From NCBI GenBank assembly GCA_037442925.1, contig JBBIPG010000016.1:1-34657 (forward strand): DNA of 34,657 nucleotides, written 5' to 3'. The translations under genes were made by a program, and so were the position numbers. The notes beneath the pieces are model-generated. The model searched no databases and was not told the DNA's origin. It saw nothing but the letters and a program-made list of their open reading frames with translations. Origin of the DNA: Candidatus Fraserbacteria bacterium. GTDB taxonomy: Bacteria; Bipolaricaulota; Bipolaricaulia; RBG-16-55-9. Shown here one piece after another: positions 10,238-19,752 of the stretch (its first letter is position 1; each line of letters opens with the position of its first letter).

Positions 10238-12214
10238 ATGACCAGTGCAACACACACGATTGAAGCCCTATTGGAAGAGAAGCGGGTGTTCCCTCCGCCG
10301 GAGGAGTTCAAAGAACAGGCGCACGTCCACACGACAGCGCCCTACGAGCAAGCAGCCCGTGATCGTGAGGCGTTCTGGGCGGAGGCAGCGGAAGAGTTAG
10401 ATTGGTTCAGGAAATGGGGCAAGGTCTTGGAATGGAATCCCCCGTGGGCCAAGTGGTTCGTCGGCGGCAAGCTCAACGCTTCGTACAACTGCATTGATCG
10501 CCATCTGAAGACGTGGCGGCGCAACAAGGCTGCGATCATCTTTGAGGGCGAACCCGGCGATGAACGTGTGCTCACCTATCAAGACTTGCATCGTGAGGTG
10601 TCGAAGTTCGCCAACGTCTTGAAGAAACTGGGAATCAAGAAGGGCGACCGAGTCGCGATCTATCTACCGATGATTCCGGAGCTTCCCATCGCGATGCTGG
10701 CCTGTGCCCGTATCGGCGCGGTCCACAGTGTGGTCTTTGGTGGCTTTTCGGCAGAAGCATTGAGAGACAGGATCAACGACGCTCAAGCGAAACTGCTCAT
10801 CACAGCGGATGGAGGCTGGCGACGCGGCCATGTCGTCCCACTCAAGAAGAATGCCGACGAAGCCCTCAGAAATACCCCTTCCATCGAGAATGTGATCGTC
10901 GTCCGCCGGATTATTGGTAGTGACGTGCTACAGGCCCCCTTGACGGGAGGATACTATCGGCGCGAGTTTTGGTGGCATGAGCTGATGCGGGATGCCCCCG
11001 TCGAGTGCTCACCGGAGCCGATGGACAGCGAAGACATGCTCTTCATCCTCTATACGTCGGGCACCACGGGAAAACCCAAGGGCGTTGTGCACACGACCGG
11101 CGGATATCTGGTCGGCGTCGCGCTCACTCACAAGTGGATCTTCGATATCAAAGAAGACGACGTCTTCTGGTGTACGGCGGATATCGGCTGGGTCACCGGG
11201 CATAGCTACATCGTCTATGGGCCGCTGGCCAACGGGGCAACTACGGTGATGTTCGAAGGCGTTCCGGACTACCCCGATCGTGACCGCTTCTGGGCCATTG
11301 TGGAGAAATATCGGGCGACCATCTTGTATACAGCTCCCACAGCCATACGCACGTTCATGCGCTGGGGCGAAGAATACCCGAAGAAACACGACCTGTCGAG
11401 CCTGAGGCTGCTCGGTTCCGTAGGCGAGCCGATCAACCCGGAAGCATGGATCTGGTATCACGACGTGATCGGTGGCGGACGCTGCCCCATTGTCGACACG
11501 TGGTGGCAGACTGAGACAGGACACATTCTCATCAGTCCACTTCCGGGCGTCTCAACGCTCAAACCGGCTTCGGCTAACCGACCTTTCCCCGGTATTGAAG
11601 CCCAGGTCGTGGATGAGTCGGGCCACCCCATTGCACCCGGAAAGGGCGCAGGCAACCTCGTGATTACGAGTCCTTGGCCAGGGATGCTCCGCACACTCTA
11701 CAACGACCCGGAACGCTACAAGAAGGCCTACTGGAGCAAATATCCGGGCGTATACTTGACCGGCGATGGCTGCAAGATCGACAACGATGGCGACTTCTGG
11801 TTATTGGGCCGTGTGGATGACGTGCTCAACGTGTCTGGACATCGGATCAGCACGATGGAGATCGAGAGCGCCTTGGTAGACCATCAGGCTGTGGCTGAGG
11901 CAGCCGCCATCGGCAAGAATCACGAACTCAAAGGCCAAGCGGCCGTCGCCTTCGTGACGCTGCGCGTGAGCCATAAACCTTCTGCGGAGCTGGCCGATGA
12001 GTTGAAGCAGCACGTCGGTAGGAAGATCGGCCCGATCGCGCGCCCGGATGATATCTACTTCACGGCAGAGCTGCCCAAGACGCGCAGTGGCAAGATCATG
12101 CGTCGTCTGCTCCGCGATATCGCCGAAGGAAGGACATTGGGAGACACCACAACACTTGCCAACCCCACCGTCATCGCCAAGCTCAAGGAGCAGTATGACG
12201 ACACTTCAAGTTGA
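10238..12214 (+). CDS. acs: Acetyl-CoA synthetase (AMP-forming)
   Basis: [63 protein letters not shown]. Start set at ATG 10238. Confidence 0.96.
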   Translation: MTSATHTIEALLEEKRVFPPPEEFKEQAHVHTTAPYEQAARDREAFWAEAAEELDWFRKWGKVLEWNPPWAKWFVGGKLNASYNCIDRHLKTWRRNKAAIIFEGEPGDERVLTYQDLHREVSKFANVLKKLGIKKGDRVAIYLPMIPELPIAMLACARIGAVHSVVFGGFSAEALRDRINDAQAKLLITADGGWRRGHVVPLKKNADEALRNTPSIENVIVVRRIIGSDVLQAPLTGGYYRREFWWHELMRDAPVECSPEPMDSEDMLFILYTSGTTGKPKGVVHTTGGYLVGVALTHKWIFDIKEDDVFWCTADIGWVTGHSYIVYGPLANGATTVMFEGVPDYPDRDRFWAIVEKYRATILYTAPTAIRTFMRWGEEYPKKHDLSSLRLLGSVGEPINPEAWIWYHDVIGGGRCPIVDTWWQTETGHILISPLPGVSTLKPASANRPFPGIEAQVVDESGHPIAPGKGAGNLVITSPWPGMLRTLYNDPERYKKAYWSKYPGVYLTGDGCKIDNDGDFWLLGRVDDVLNVSGHRISTMEIESALVDHQAVAEAAAIGKNHELKGQAAVAFVTLRVSHKPSAELADELKQHVGRKIGPIARPDDIYFTAELPKTRSGKIMRRLLRDIAEGRTLGDTTTLANPTVIAKLKEQYDDTSS

Positions 12215-12219
12215 AGGGT

Positions 12220-14520
12220 CTATACAGGCGTAGCAGGCTCCGGGCAGCACCCGGCGATCTCTTCTTCCTCTTCCAGCTTCTGCGCCTCCACCACAGCGAT
12301 GGCCGCCAGATTGACGATGTCTTTCACTTCGTGGTAGCGCTGCAGCACGTGGGCCGGGCGGCGGGTTCCGATCAGAATGGGTCCGACGATCTCGGCATTG
12401 GCCAAGCACTGCACGAGCTTGTACGCAATGTTCCCCGATTCCAGATTGGGGAAGATCAGGATATTGGCCGGCTTCTTGAGACGATTGAACGGATATCCGT
12501 CGTTGAGGATCTCTTCGACCAGGGCTGTATCGGCCTGCATCTCGCCATCGATGACCAAATCGGGTGCGCGCTTTCTTACGAACTCCACGGCCTGGCGGAC
12601 CCGCTCGGTGCGGGCATGGCGCACGCTGCCAAAATCGGAGTACGAGAGCAGCGCAATACGAGGTTCAATATCGAAGTCGCGGGCTAGCCGCGCTGTTAAG
12701 ATCGCGATCTCGGCGAGCTTTTCCGCGTCCGTCTCTACATTCACCGTAGCATCAGCAAAGAGCAACACGCGGTTCTTCGTCGTCACTAGATAAACCCCGG
12801 CGATGGTCTTGCACTCGGGGCACGTTCGGATGACTTGCAAGATGGGGCGTAGCCCCTCGGGGTAGTGAAAGCCCAAGCCAGCGATCATCCCGTCCGCGTC
12901 CCCTAGCTCGACCATCACGGCCGCAAAGTAATTGGGTCTGGTGATCATCTCGCGTGCTTCCGTACAGGCGACGCCTTTGCGACAACGCAGTTCGTAGAGC
13001 CTCTTCGCGTAATGCTCGCGTTTCTCTGAGGTGCGTGGATCGATGATCTCGATGTCCTTCACGTTCATCTGCATCTCTTGTGCCTTGCGGCGGATCTCTG
13101 TCTCATCGCCCAGGAGAATAGGCTTCGCGAGCTTCTCTTCGACCAGCTGATGGGCCGCGCGGATCATCTTTTCGTGCTCGCCCTCGGCCAACACGATGCG
13201 CTTGGGATTTGACTTCGCTTTGTTAAAGACGATGCGCATCATCTCGCGGGACTTGCCGAGACGGGCTTCGAGCTGTTCCCGGTATTTATCCAGATCGAGC
13301 TTTATGCGTGCCACACCGGTCTCCATGGCGGCTTGAGCTACTGCCGGAGCTTCCCAGAGGAGCACGCGCGGATCGAGAGGCTTCGGGATGAGATAATCCG
13401 GTCCAAAATGCAGCGACTCCAGGCCGTAGGCTTTGACCACAGAGTCAGGAACGTCTTCCTTGGCCAGATTCGCGAGAGCGTGAGCGGCCGCGACCTTCAT
13501 CGCTTCGTTGATCTGCGTGGCACGCACATCCAAAGCGCCCCGGAAGATGAACGGGAATCCCAAGACGTTATTGACTTGGTTCGGATAATCGGAACGTCCG
13601 GTGGCAACGATCGCATCGGGTCGAGCGGCCTTCGCTTCCTCATAGCAGATTTCCGGGTCAGGATTGGCCATGGCAAAGATAATGGGCTTGGATGCCATTT
13701 TCTTGATCATCTGTTTGGTAACGAGCTTTGGCCCCGATAATCCGATAAAGACGTCGGCATCGACGAGTGCTTCCGCCAGAGTTCGGGCCTTCGTCTTGGC
13801 GGCGAACTCTGCCTTATACGAATTCATGTTCTCCTCACGGCCTTGGTAGATCACACCCGTCGTATCGACCATCACCATGTTCTCTTTACGAGCTCCTAAG
13901 AGCACGTAGAAGCGAGCCGTCGCGATGGCGGCTGCTCCCGCTCCGCTAAAGACGATCTTGATGTGTTCAAGACGCTTGCCGACGACCGATAGAGCATTCA
14001 ACAGTGCGGCGCCCGAGATGATCGCCGTGCCGTGTTGATCGTCATGGAAGACGGGTATTTTCATCTCTTTCTTCAAGTGCTCTTCGATGTAGAAGCATTC
14101 CGGAGCTTTGACGTCCTCCAGATTGATGCCGCCAAAGGTGGGTTCCAAGAGCTGGACGCTTTGCACAAAGAGATCGGGATCTTCTGTGTTGATCTCCAGA
14201 TCGATCGTGTCAATATCAGCAAAGCGCTTGAACAACAGAGCCTTGCCCTCCATGACGGGTTTTCCGGCCAGCGCCCCAATGTTGCCCAGGCCCAGCACGG
14301 CTGTGCCGTTGGTGACCACGGCTACCAGATTCCCTTTGGCCGTGTACTTATAGGCATCCTCTGGCTTCTTGTGAATTTCACGACAAGGCTCAGCCACTCC
14401 AGGTGTGTATGCCAAAGACAGATCCCGCTGGGTCAGGCAGGGTTTGGTCGGCGTGATCTCCAACTTGCCCGGCGGTCGCCTGCTATGATAATCCAGTGCA
14501 TCTCGCTTGAGTGCGCTCAT
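12220..14520 (-). CDS. maeB: NADP-dependent malic enzyme with C-terminal phosphotransacetylase-like domain
   Basis: [67 protein letters not shown]-like DGEMQAD...[12 protein letters not shown]. Start set at ATG 14520. Confidence 0.96.
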   Translation of the reverse strand: MSALKRDALDYHSRRPPGKLEITPTKPCLTQRDLSLAYTPGVAEPCREIHKKPEDAYKYTAKGNLVAVVTNGTAVLGLGNIGALAGKPVMEGKALLFKRFADIDTIDLEINTEDPDLFVQSVQLLEPTFGGINLEDVKAPECFYIEEHLKKEMKIPVFHDDQHGTAIISGAALLNALSVVGKRLEHIKIVFSGAGAAAIATARFYVLLGARKENMVMVDTTGVIYQGREENMNSYKAEFAAKTKARTLAEALVDADVFIGLSGPKLVTKQMIKKMASKPIIFAMANPDPEICYEEAKAARPDAIVATGRSDYPNQVNNVLGFPFIFRGALDVRATQINEAMKVAAAHALANLAKEDVPDSVVKAYGLESLHFGPDYLIPKPLDPRVLLWEAPAVAQAAMETGVARIKLDLDKYREQLEARLGKSREMMRIVFNKAKSNPKRIVLAEGEHEKMIRAAHQLVEEKLAKPILLGDETEIRRKAQEMQMNVKDIEIIDPRTSEKREHYAKRLYELRCRKGVACTEAREMITRPNYFAAVMVELGDADGMIAGLGFHYPEGLRPILQVIRTCPECKTIAGVYLVTTKNRVLLFADATVNVETDAEKLAEIAILTARLARDFDIEPRIALLSYSDFGSVRHARTERVRQAVEFVRKRAPDLVIDGEMQADTALVEEILNDGYPFNRLKKPANILIFPNLESGNIAYKLVQCLANAEIVGPILIGTRRPAHVLQRYHEVKDIVNLAAIAVVEAQKLEEEEEIAGCCPEPATPV

Positions 14521-14593
14521 AAGCCACCCTTTCCTGGGTCCATCTTGACTGTAAAGGTTTGGTATAGCAGATGCCATGATCTGCGACGGCTCG

Positions 14594-14611
14594 GATCATG
14601 ATCATGATCAT
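14594..14611. repeat. (GATCAT)x3 tandem, self-complementary hexamer array
   Basis: gatcatgatcatgatcat in the maeB/protease divergent intergenic region. Confidence 0.7.
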
Positions 14612-14757
14612 ACGCAAGTTGCCTAAGAATCGCACATGATCTACGTCAGTGATTTTGGAGCAGCCTCCGCGTATGCTTCCCATAGAAGGCTTCAGAGGTA
14701 GCGCAACGGAGTGAGATGTGAAGAATCACGTCCTTCGTGGACAAGAGGTGATGAGGT

Positions 14758-15264
14758 ATGAATAGCGTGAAAACACTCGTGCTGGGCTTGGGCAATGAGT
14801 TCTTGAGTGACGATGGCGTCGGAATCCTGGCGGCACGTAGGCTCAGGGAAGAGTTGCACGGCCTAGCGGATGTCGTGGAAAGCACGCTCGCAGGTCTTGC
14901 CCTATTGGATTACTTCATCGGCTATGATCGGGCCATCATCATTGACTCGGTAATGACGGGACGCCAGCCGCCGGGGACAATCTATGAGTTGGCTCCGGAC
15001 GATCTGGATGCTATCTTGGTGCCCTCGCCGCATTACGCGGGTCTGCCAGAAATGTTAGCCGTGGCGCGAAGCATCAAGGTTGGCTTCCCCAGAGAGATCA
15101 AAATCCTGGCGCTGGAAGTGGAAGACCCCTACACCATTGGAGGCGAGTTGACCCCAGCTGTCCGTGGTGCGCTGAAGGAGCTGATTCAGCGAGTTCAGAA
15201 GCAGGTCCGGTTATGGCAAGAAGAGCTCCTCTGCACGGGAAAAGAACGAATAGGCAGCCGATGA
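14758..15264 (+). CDS. Hydrogenase maturation protease
   Basis: LVLGLGNEFLSDDGVG, AIIIDSV, SPH metal-ligand motif. Confidence 0.9.
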   Translation: MNSVKTLVLGLGNEFLSDDGVGILAARRLREELHGLADVVESTLAGLALLDYFIGYDRAIIIDSVMTGRQPPGTIYELAPDDLDAILVPSPHYAGLPEMLAVARSIKVGFPREIKILALEVEDPYTIGGELTPAVRGALKELIQRVQKQVRLWQEELLCTGKERIGSR

Positions 15265-15277
15265 GAATGAAGATCGA

Positions 15278-15532
15278 ATGAGCGAGAAAAAAGTACACAC
15301 CGAGGAACACCGAGTTACAGGCGAAGCACTCGTGGCCAAGATCAAGGAACTCATTCATGAGGGCAACATTCGCCGCATTGTCATTAAGAACGAGCATGGA
15401 ACCACATTGGTTGAGATTCCCCTCACACTGGGAGTGGTAGGAGCTCTGCTCTTGCCGGTTTGGGCTGCTATCGGCGCGATTGCCGCGCTGGCCGCGAACC
15501 TGATCATCATCGTCGAGAAAGTGGAAGAGTAA
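15278..15532 (+). CDS. DUF4342-type small protein
   Basis: KIKELIHEGNIRRIVIK...VEIPLTLGVVGALLLPVWAAIGAIAAL. Confidence 0.8.
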   Translation: MSEKKVHTEEHRVTGEALVAKIKELIHEGNIRRIVIKNEHGTTLVEIPLTLGVVGALLLPVWAAIGAIAALAANLIIIVEKVEE

Positions 15533-15563
15533 AAACCCATGAAGTCTTCGCGACTCAGTGGCT

Positions 15564-16613
15564 TCACCTCCAAATGCCAGGGATGACGCAGTTGCAATCA
15601 GGGCAGCGTCCTTCTCGCAGTCGGTTCTCATGAATCCAGAAGCCGTAGCGTTCAATCAGAAGGCTGCCACAGCTTGGACAGTAGGTGTTCTCATAACGAC
15701 CTGCCTCACCTGGTAAGTTCCCTGCGTATACAAAATGCAGACCAGCCTCATAGCCGATCTTGGCAGCCCGCATGAGAGTCGAGGCGGGCGTATTATCAGG
15801 ATCGAGCATCTTGTAATCTTTGTGGAAAGCTGTCACGTGCCAGGGGATGTCTGGTGAGATTGACACGAGAAATCTCGCCATCTGACGCAGCTCTTCATCT
15901 GAATCGTTAAAGCCCGGAATCACGAGTGTCACGATCTCGAGCCAGAAGCCCAGCTCATAGACCATCGCGATGCCATCCAGTACGTTTTTCAGTACAGCTC
16001 CCAGCACCCGATAGTTTCTATCTTGCATCGACTTGAGATCGATCTTGTAGCAATCGAGATGGGGTCGCACATACTGCAAAACCTCGCGGGTTGCATTTCC
16101 GTTGGACACATAGCCCGTCAGCAAACCTGCTCGCTTTGCTTCCTGAAAGATGGCCGCTGCCCATTCTGACGTAATGAGCGGCTCGTTGTAGGAGCTGACA
16201 AGAGCTCCTGCACCGTAACGTTGTGCTATTTGTACGAGTTGGGTGGGAGGGATTGACTGTGGTGGAGCACCGGCGTTCTTGTCGCGCAGGGTCTGCGAGA
16301 TTTGCCAGTTTTGACAGAAACTGCAATGCAGGTCGCATCCCAACATCCCGAACGTTAATGCGCGTACACCAGGCAAGACGTGAAAGAATGGCTTTTTCTC
16401 AATGGGATCAAGCTGCAATGCTCCGACGTACCCCCAAGGAACACGAAGTCGGCCCTCTCGATTGAAGCGCACTTGACAGATCCCGCGTTTGCCCTCGAAG
16501 ATGACACAGCGATGGGCACAGGCATAGCAGCGAACTTTCCTCTCTTTGAGCTTCTCGTATAGTTCGCCCTCACGCGTTTGCTCATCCAGCGTTTCTCTTA
16601 GCGAGACAGCCAT
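15564..16613 (-). CDS. amrS: AmmeMemoRadiSam system radical SAM enzyme
   Basis: N-terminal CxxCxxxC...CxVR, DPIEKKPFFH, radical SAM GCDLHCSFCQNW, SYNEP, YAGN, C-terminal CPSC...CPDC. Confidence 0.9.
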   Translation of the reverse strand: MAVSLRETLDEQTREGELYEKLKERKVRCYACAHRCVIFEGKRGICQVRFNREGRLRVPWGYVGALQLDPIEKKPFFHVLPGVRALTFGMLGCDLHCSFCQNWQISQTLRDKNAGAPPQSIPPTQLVQIAQRYGAGALVSSYNEPLITSEWAAAIFQEAKRAGLLTGYVSNGNATREVLQYVRPHLDCYKIDLKSMQDRNYRVLGAVLKNVLDGIAMVYELGFWLEIVTLVIPGFNDSDEELRQMARFLVSISPDIPWHVTAFHKDYKMLDPDNTPASTLMRAAKIGYEAGLHFVYAGNLPGEAGRYENTYCPSCGSLLIERYGFWIHENRLREGRCPDCNCVIPGIWR

Positions 16614-16619
16614 CGCCCT

Positions 16620-17420
16620 TTACTCCTCATAGAACGCATAGCATCCGTAGCCGACGACGTGGTTCTTGTCTCCGGCGGTGTCACCCGAATTGCGATAATC
16701 TAAGAGCTTGGCTGACCAGTTCTGCTCGCGTGCAAGGTGCAGGAGAGTCAAGATGGCACTCTTCCCGCAGGCTTCTACACGCTTTTCCATCAGCACAAGA
16801 TCAAGATTCTGAATTGCTTCATGCGTCAGTGCATCGCGTGAGATAGCTTCTTCCTGGGGATAATAATGGCTGAGATCGGAGCTGATGAGGACAAGATCGA
16901 TCTCGTTTAGATACTGGCTCAAAATCTGTGCCAGAACTCGATGATCGCACTCTCCTGTGAGAATTGGGAAGATCGCAATATCGCAGAAGATGAATTGCAG
17001 GAAAGGCAACTGGACTTCGAGCGAGTGCTCTGGCGCGTGAGCGGCTGAGTTGTCTCGGAGCTGTTCCCGCTTCAGCGCCCGTGCGATGAGCTCTTGCTGT
17101 GCCCTCACTGTTCCAAGTGGGGTTTGCCATCCCTCAACATTCAGCGTGGCTGCACCTTGAAAATACACGTAGTGCGCCGGACCTAGCAAGAGAACAGTGG
17201 GTGACGTCTTCTTCACAGTTGTTTGCAGCAACTTGTAGCCTGTGGCCGCCACAGGCCCAGAGTACGCATAGCCTGCGTGCGGGACGATCAGCGCTCTCAG
17301 TTTGCCAGGGATTGTTGGCGGAGTGGCCGCGGCTAGTAGATATTCCAACAGCGCCCGCAGTCTTGCCGGTTCATTGGGATAGAAGATCCCTGCTACAGAT
17401 GGCTTGCGCACGTTCTGCAT
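16620..17420 (-). CDS. amrB: AmmeMemoRadiSam system protein B (MEMO1 family)
   Basis: R.PSVAG.FYP, PHAGYAYSG, GPAH, EHSLEVQLPFLQ, SSDLSHY, EACG, NSGD, VVGY. Confidence 0.92.
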   Translation of the reverse strand: MQNVRKPSVAGIFYPNEPARLRALLEYLLAAATPPTIPGKLRALIVPHAGYAYSGPVAATGYKLLQTTVKKTSPTVLLLGPAHYVYFQGAATLNVEGWQTPLGTVRAQQELIARALKREQLRDNSAAHAPEHSLEVQLPFLQFIFCDIAIFPILTGECDHRVLAQILSQYLNEIDLVLISSDLSHYYPQEEAISRDALTHEAIQNLDLVLMEKRVEACGKSAILTLLHLAREQNWSAKLLDYRNSGDTAGDKNHVVGYGCYAFYEE

Positions 17421-17584
17421 GATTGCCTTATGCCTTGATTATACCAGTACAGCAACATCTGTGGGCATATCCCATTCTCTGTGGATGGAATGACGACTAT
17501 CAGCTCTGTCACTGATATAGATCATTATCGCAACACTATTAGGATGATAAAGTCTGGATTAGCTTAGGCCATAGAGGTGGCATC

Positions 17585-18484
17585 ATGGCAACAGCGAAAG
17601 TCGAGCCAGGAGAGAAGCCGCACACCAACGAAGCGCGTCGGCGCCTATTCACCGATTTTGCCCGTGGGGTCTTCGCGACCCTGGTTGCCGCAGGCTTGCG
17701 TACTGTGGAGGGGGAGCAAGCCTCAGCCCGGGAAGAAGGCCAACCTCCCCAGACCCTCGACATGTTGCCTGAGCCACACGAGCATGAGGATGTGCTGCTA
17801 CGTATGCAGCGCGAACTCCACAAAGCCTTACGCAAACCCGTGGAGCAGCGTCGCTGGGTGATGGTGATTGACTTACGCAAGTGTATCGGCTGCCATGCCT
17901 GCACCATCGCCTGCATTGCCGAGAATAAACTGCCTCCCGGCGTCGTGTACCGGCCTGTGATCACAGAAGAGATTGGGGAATACCCCAACGTCTCGATGCG
18001 CTTCATCCCGCGCCCGTGCATGCAGTGTGACAATCCTCCGTGTGTGCCCGTCTGTCCGGTAAATGCCACATACAAGCGCCCCGACGGTGTTGTGGAGATC
18101 GACTATAACGCCTGTATCGGATGCCGTTATTGCATCACAGCCTGCCCCTACAACGCGCGCACTTTCGATTTCGGCGAGAACTATACCGACAAGGCTCCCG
18201 AGAAGGCTCCCTACGAAGAGGCGCCCAATTTCGAGTATGGCCGCCGCTGGCGGCGCGAGCGGGAGCAGTCCCCAATCGGCAACGCCCGGAAGTGTCATTT
18301 CTGTCTACACCGCTTAGAAGCCGGGCAACTGCCCGCCTGCACGACCGGCTGCGTCGGCCGCGCGACCTTCTTCGGCGATGCCAATGATCCCGACAGTCTG
18401 GTTTCGGAACTGATCAGTAACCCTAATGTCATGAGACTGAAAGAAGAGTTGGGAACGAAGCCCAAGGTCTACTATCTCGTCTAG
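17585..18484 (+). CDS. ttrB: 4Fe-4S electron-transfer subunit of a DMSO-reductase-family complex (TtrB/NrfC-like)
   Basis: Twin-Arg RRRLF; four Cys clusters [37 protein letters not shown]...PAC..GC. Confidence 0.8.
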   Translation: MATAKVEPGEKPHTNEARRRLFTDFARGVFATLVAAGLRTVEGEQASAREEGQPPQTLDMLPEPHEHEDVLLRMQRELHKALRKPVEQRRWVMVIDLRKCIGCHACTIACIAENKLPPGVVYRPVITEEIGEYPNVSMRFIPRPCMQCDNPPCVPVCPVNATYKRPDGVVEIDYNACIGCRYCITACPYNARTFDFGENYTDKAPEKAPYEEAPNFEYGRRWRREREQSPIGNARKCHFCLHRLEAGQLPACTTGCVGRATFFGDANDPDSLVSELISNPNVMRLKEELGTKPKVYYLV

Positions 18485-18492
18485 GAGGCACC

Positions 18493-19752
18493 ATGAGTGT
18501 CTGGGCTCAAAGAACAATGATGCAAACGATTGGCCCCAAGGTCTTGGGCGTTTTGTGGGTGGGCGCTCTGGTTGTAGGAGGCTGGGCCGTGATCCAGCGA
18601 CTGCTGCTCGGACATGAATTGGCTAACTACGGCAGCTACATCGTCTGGGGGCTATGGGTGTCCGCGTACATCTACTTCATTGGGTTGTCGGCGGGAGCCT
18701 TCTTGCTCTCCTCGCTGATTTACGTTTTCGCTTCCAAAGAACTGGAAAAGATCGGGAAACTCTCGCTCTTGGTGGCCGTAGTGACGCTGGTGATGGCCCT
18801 GCTATCGATCTGGTTCGATCTGGGGCACATGGAGCGCTTCTATTATATCTTCACCCGTCCCAACTTCCGGTCGATGATGGCTTGGATGGTCTGGTTGTAC
18901 ACGGCGTATTTCTTATTGCTGTTGGCAGAGATGTGGTTTGCTATGCGGGCAGATCTCGCCCGCTGGAGCGAGACGTCTGGATGGCGCCGTATGGTTGCCA
19001 ATCTGCTCCTCTTGGGACGAAGACTCACAGCGCGCTCGGTAGAGTTGGACCGCAACGCGCTGCGCGTGCTGGGCAGTATAGGGATACCTCTGGCGATTGC
19101 CTTCCACGGAGGAGTGGGGGCCTTGTTTGGCACCGTGCTGGCCCGGCCCTACTGGCATACGCCGCTCTATCCCATCTTGTTCTTGACGGGAGCACTCGTG
19201 AGCGGTGGAGCGCTCATGACCGCAACGGTGGCCTTCTTCTGGCCCAAGCACGACCCCAAGTATGCGCCGATGGTCCAGCGCCTGGGCAACATTGTTCTGA
19301 TGATCCTGCTCTTCGATCTGCTCTTGGAGTGGGCGGAGTTTTCCATCCCGATGTGGTACGGCGTCGGACCGGAGTACGAGCTTCTGCAGAAAGTGCTATT
19401 CGGGCCGTACTGGTGGGTCTTTTGGGTATTGCACATGCTCTTAGGCAGTCTCATCCCGATCTTCTTGCTCGTCACTCAATCGAGGAAACCCTTCTGGGTG
19501 GGCGTGGCCGGAGTGCTGATCACGACGACGTTCATGGCGGTGCGCTTAAATATCGTTGTCCCGGGTCTAATTGAGCCTCAGCTGCGCGGTCTGGAAGAGG
19601 CGTATTACAATCCCAGGCTCCTCTTTGAGTACGTGCCAAGCTTATTCGAGTGGCAGGTGATCCTCTTCATTCTGGCACTGGGATTTGGATTGTTCTATCT
19701 GGGTAATCGGTTGCTGCCTTTGATGGAGCGGGAGGAAGGAACTTCCAGATGA
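18493..19752 (+). CDS. NrfD/PsrC-family membrane anchor (TtrC position)
   Basis: WGLWVSAYIYFIGLSAG, DLGHMERF, SMMAWM, RPYW, about 10 hydrophobic segments; SD AGGAGG. Confidence 0.88.
   Translation: MSVWAQRTMMQTIGPKVLGVLWVGALVVGGWAVIQRLLLGHELANYGSYIVWGLWVSAYIYFIGLSAGAFLLSSLIYVFASKELEKIGKLSLLVAVVTLVMALLSIWFDLGHMERFYYIFTRPNFRSMMAWMVWLYTAYFLLLLAEMWFAMRADLARWSETSGWRRMVANLLLLGRRLTARSVELDRNALRVLGSIGIPLAIAFHGGVGALFGTVLARPYWHTPLYPILFLTGALVSGGALMTATVAFFWPKHDPKYAPMVQRLGNIVLMILLFDLLLEWAEFSIPMWYGVGPEYELLQKVLFGPYWWVFWVLHMLLGSLIPIFLLVTQSRKPFWVGVAGVLITTTFMAVRLNIVVPGLIEPQLRGLEEAYYNPRLLFEYVPSLFEWQVILFILALGFGLFYLGNRLLPLMEREEGTSR

Noticed and set aside
14716..14731. ATGTGA-AGAA-TCACGT as a Rex/CRP site
   Set aside because: Half-site spacing is 4 nt rather than the 6 nt expected.
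18654..19574. 306-aa alternative-frame ORF in the NrfD gene
   Set aside because: Off-frame artefact with no motifs.
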